Shown here: piece by piece, positions 59,146 through 64,000 of the stretch
How positions within the stretch are numbered: the stretch's first letter is position 1
Layout of the letters: every line of letters begins with the position of its first letter
NCBI GenBank assembly: GCA_945865365.1
Contig: CAMBDL010000006.1
Span: 2,994-66,993, forward strand
DNA: 64,000 nucleotides
Reading direction: 5' to 3'
From: Streptomyces griseus
Lineage (GTDB): Bacteria > Actinomycetota > Actinomycetes > Nanopelagicales > Nanopelagicaceae
Translations under genes and position numbers: made by a program
Notes under the pieces: model-generated
The model's input: the letters and a program-made list of their open reading frames with translations, nothing else
Told to the model about the DNA's origin: nothing
Database searches by the model: none

Positions 59146-59202
59146 TTCTTTTTCACTCAGCCCACGTCCTGCATCATTACATCTATTTTCTAAGGAAGAA
59201 TT

Positions 59203-60129
59203 ATGACAATCTATAATAAAATTACCGAGGCATTTGGAAATACCCCGCTTGTCCGAATTAATACAATCACCGATGGCGCACAAGGCAATGTCTATGCCAA
59301 GTTAGAGTTTTATAATCCCACGTCATCGGTTAAAGATCGCCTGGCAATAGCAATGATTGATGCCGCTGAGGCAAGTGGCGCACTCAAACCTGGCGGAACA
59401 ATTGTTGAGGCGACATCGGGCAATACCGGCATAGCTGTAGCGATGGTTGCCGCTGCACGTGGGTATAAATCGATCTTCACAATGCCCGAGTCGGTATCAA
59501 AAGAGCGCCGCAAACTTATTCGTGCCTTTGGTGCCGAGTTAATTTTAACCCCTGGCGCAGAAGGCATGAAGGGCGCAGTGAGCGCAGCAGAGAAGCTGGG
59601 TGAGTCAGGTGCCGTTCTAGTTCGCCAATTTGAAAATGAAGCCGGTCCAGCCATTCATTATGCAACAACTGGCCCTGAGATTTGGCGTGACCTAGATGGC
59701 AAGGTCGATGCATTTGTTAGCGGCATCGGTACGGGTGGAACGATCACAGGTACTGGGCGCTTCTTAAAAGAGAAGAACCCAGCAATTAAAGTTTTTGGAG
59801 TTGAACCTGCTGCTTCGCCGATTCTCAATGGTGGAGCGCCAGGTCCACATCCACTGCAAGGAATTGGTCCAAACTTTATTCCAACGATTTTAGATCGCAC
59901 GGTTTATGACGAGATCTTGGATGCCACGGCCGATGATGCAATGAAGTACGCACGCCGTGCCGCAGCTGAAGAAGGTATCTTGGCCGGTATTTCTTCAGGT
60001 GCAACGTTGTGGGCGGCAATTGAAGTTGCTAAGCGCCCAGAGTTTGCCGGCAAGAATATAGCTGTCATTCTTGCATCAGCTGGCGAGCGTTACTTATCAA
60101 CTATCTTGTATCAAGATCTAGCTGATTAA
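59203..60129 (+). CDS. cysK: Cysteine synthase A
   Basis: SVKDR PLP lysine, [13 protein letters not shown]. Confidence 0.96.
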   Translation: MTIYNKITEAFGNTPLVRINTITDGAQGNVYAKLEFYNPTSSVKDRLAIAMIDAAEASGALKPGGTIVEATSGNTGIAVAMVAAARGYKSIFTMPESVSKERRKLIRAFGAELILTPGAEGMKGAVSAAEKLGESGAVLVRQFENEAGPAIHYATTGPEIWRDLDGKVDAFVSGIGTGGTITGTGRFLKEKNPAIKVFGVEPAASPILNGGAPGPHPLQGIGPNFIPTILDRTVYDEILDATADDAMKYARRAAAEEGILAGISSGATLWAAIEVAKRPEFAGKNIAVILASAGERYLSTILYQDLAD

Positions 60130-60130
60130 C

Positions 60131-60643
60131 ATGTTAATTATTAGCCGCATTAAAGAGGATCTCGATAATGCGTTGGCTCATGATCCAGCCGCACGCAATC
60201 GCTTAGAGGTTGTCTTGGCATATCCAGGCGTGCATGCAGTGTGGGGATATCGTATTTCACATTTCTTATGGAATAGAAAATTGAAGTTACTCGCCCGCAT
60301 GTATGCCAATTCGGTTCGTACTGCAACTGGGGTAGAGATACATCCCGCTGCCACAATTGGTCGTCGATTTTTTATCGATCATGGAATGGGCGTAGTCATT
60401 GGATCTACATCAATTATCGGTAACGACGTCATGATCTATCACGATGTCACATTGGGCGCCAGAACGTATATGCAGGGTAAGCGTCATCCAACGATTGAAA
60501 ACAATGTAGTTATTGGTGCTGGTGCACGAATCATTGGCGATATAACTATTGGCCATGGCGCACGAATCAGCTCCAATGTAGTTATTACTAAAGATATTCC
60601 GGCTCAAAGTACACTTGAAAGCAGTGAATTCTTCGTTATTTAG
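60131..60643 (+). CDS. cysE: Serine O-acetyltransferase
   Basis: [26 protein letters not shown]. Confidence 0.95.
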   Translation: MLIISRIKEDLDNALAHDPAARNRLEVVLAYPGVHAVWGYRISHFLWNRKLKLLARMYANSVRTATGVEIHPAATIGRRFFIDHGMGVVIGSTSIIGNDVMIYHDVTLGARTYMQGKRHPTIENNVVIGAGARIIGDITIGHGARISSNVVITKDIPAQSTLESSEFFVI

Positions 60644-60687
60644 AGGATTTAACACGGCCGTAACCTGGCTTTGTAAGAATACTGCAC

Positions 60688-61992
60688 ATGTCACCAGAGA
60701 TAAGCAAGCAGCAAGAGTTCGTTCTTCGCACTATTGAAGAGCGCAATATCCGTTTTATTCGTTTGTGGTTCACCGATGTTTTAGGTTTTTTAAAATCTGT
60801 AGCGATTGCACCTGCTGAGTTAGAAAATGCATTTGAAGAGGGAATCGGTTTTGACGGTTCGGCAATTGAAGGTTTTGCTCGCGTAACTGAATCAGACATG
60901 TTGGCAAAGCCAGATCCTGCAACGTTTTCAATTCTGCCGTGGCGAACTGAAGCACCAGGTGCTGCGCGTATGTTTTGTGACATCACCATGCCAGATGGCA
61001 GTGCCTCCCCTGCCGATCCGCGAAATGTATTGCGCCGAACATTAGATAAAGCGGCCAGCATGGGTTACACCTGTTACACACACCCCGAGATTGAGTTTTT
61101 CCTATTTAAAGAAAAGCCAGAAACCGGTGTTGCACCTGTTCCCGTAGACCAGGGTGGCTATTTCGATCACACGCCAGCGGTCGTTGGACATGATTTTCGT
61201 CGTCAAGCAATTACGTTGTTAGAGGCTATGGGGATCTCTGTGGAGTTTTCACATCACGAAGGTGGCCCAGGTCAGCAGGAGATTGACTTGCGCGATGCCG
61301 ATGCGCTAACCACGGCTGATAACATCATGACGTTTCGCCATGTCATTAAAGAGGTTGCAATGGATCAAGGCTTCCATGCATCGTTTATGCCAAAACCTTT
61401 TACCAATCATCCAGGTAGCGGAATGCATACCCACGTCTCACTGTTTAAAGGTGAAGAAAATGCTTTCTATGATGCCAATGCCCAGTACAACTTATCTAAC
61501 GTGGGCCGTTCATTTATTGCCGGCATTCTCAAGCATGCACCAGAAATCACTGCAATCACTAATCAATGGGTGAACTCTTATAAGCGCTTACATGGCGGGG
61601 GAGAAGCACCAGCAGTTATTAACTGGGGACCAAGTAATCGCGGGGCGCTTGTACGTTTGCCTATGTATAAGCCGGGCAAAGAAAACTCAACTCGCATTGA
61701 ATTTAGATCTCCCGATACTGCATGTAATCCATATTTAGCCTATGCCGTTATGTTAGCTGCGGGCTTAAAGGGTGTTGAAGATAGCTATGTATTAAGTGAT
61801 TCCAGTGAGTTAATTTCACTGCCAACCGACCTCAATGAGGCAATCGCTGAGATGGAAAAAAGCGCACTTGTTCGCGACACTTTGGGCGAACATGTCTTCG
61901 AATATGTTTTACGCAATAAGCGCGCTGAATGGCTGGATTACAGCCGTCAAGTGAGTGCTTACGAACTCGACCGATATTTGCCAGTTCTTTAA
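60688..61992 (+). CDS. glnA2: Glutamine synthetase family protein, GlnA2 type
   Basis: FDGSAIEG, HHEGGPGQQEI, GSGMHTH, GGGEAP, RIEFRSPD; near nadE/panB as for actinobacterial glnA2. Confidence 0.88.
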   Translation: MSPEISKQQEFVLRTIEERNIRFIRLWFTDVLGFLKSVAIAPAELENAFEEGIGFDGSAIEGFARVTESDMLAKPDPATFSILPWRTEAPGAARMFCDITMPDGSASPADPRNVLRRTLDKAASMGYTCYTHPEIEFFLFKEKPETGVAPVPVDQGGYFDHTPAVVGHDFRRQAITLLEAMGISVEFSHHEGGPGQQEIDLRDADALTTADNIMTFRHVIKEVAMDQGFHASFMPKPFTNHPGSGMHTHVSLFKGEENAFYDANAQYNLSNVGRSFIAGILKHAPEITAITNQWVNSYKRLHGGGEAPAVINWGPSNRGALVRLPMYKPGKENSTRIEFRSPDTACNPYLAYAVMLAAGLKGVEDSYVLSDSSELISLPTDLNEAIAEMEKSALVRDTLGEHVFEYVLRNKRAEWLDYSRQVSAYELDRYLPVL

Positions 61993-62010
61993 CCTTCGCG
62001 TTACCGTTAG

Positions 62011-63729
<1,719 letters not shown>

Positions 63730-63752
63730 CTCAACGCACTACCTTTACCCGT

Positions 63753-64000
63753 ATGAGTTTATATAGGGATGAGGCCATTGTGCTGCGCACCCAAAAACTC
63801 GGAGAAGCAGATCGCATCATCACGCTTTTAACGCGCGATCACGGAAGAATTCGTGGAGTGGCCAAAGGCGTACGACGCACGATGTCAAAGTTTGGCGCGC
63901 GTCTTGAACCCGGTAGCCATATAGATGTTCAACTCTATGTTGGAAAAACCTTTGACACGATCACACAAGTAGAAGCCTTGATGAACTATGGCGAATCATT
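63753..64000 (+). CDS. recO: DNA repair protein RecO (3' truncated by window edge; missing from the ORF track)
   Basis: My translation: [53 protein letters not shown]. Confidence 0.93.
   Translation, partial: MSLYRDEAIVLRTQKLGEADRIITLLTRDHGRIRGVAKGVRRTMSKFGARLEPGSHIDVQLYVGKTFDTITQVEALMNYGES

Overview
A gene-dense window with very short intergenic gaps, from a streamlined actinobacterial chromosome. The protein types (SenX3/RegX3, GlnA2, actinobacterial LeuA and Tgt), the many leaderless-type starts and the moderate GC fit the freshwater acI / Nanopelagicales lineage (inference, no search run). I see no rRNA, tRNA, CRISPR array, integrase or transposase. Contents in order: TerC (partial); an apparently uncharacterised catabolic operon (Liv-type ABC importer, PrpF/Mii-family isomerase, GntR, ThDP enzyme, ALDH, cupin, TcuA-like flavoprotein, MFS); GNAT, GH13, DinB, uppP, tldDE and HU; an amine/GABA cluster (gdhA, MR/MLE enzyme, Pot/Afu-type ABC, ADH, PuuC-like ALDH, TauE, decarboxylase, gabT); senX3-regX3 with phoU-pstCAB-pstS and PHO boxes; two MFS genes; an opp operon interrupted by an antisense gene; tgt, pepO, MarR and a stand-alone histone-H1-like protein; panB/nadE; a Cys-rich leader peptide before cysK-cysE; glnA2, leuA and recO (partial). 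Best leads: (1) the unknown carboxylate catabolic operon; (2) all four solute-binding proteins lack a lipobox and each has exactly two cysteines, which is unusual for a monoderm; (3) an unannotated leaderless Cys-rich leader peptide; (4) the stand-alone H1-like protein; (5) a possible non-contiguous opp operon; (6) a SenX3 with no membrane anchor.
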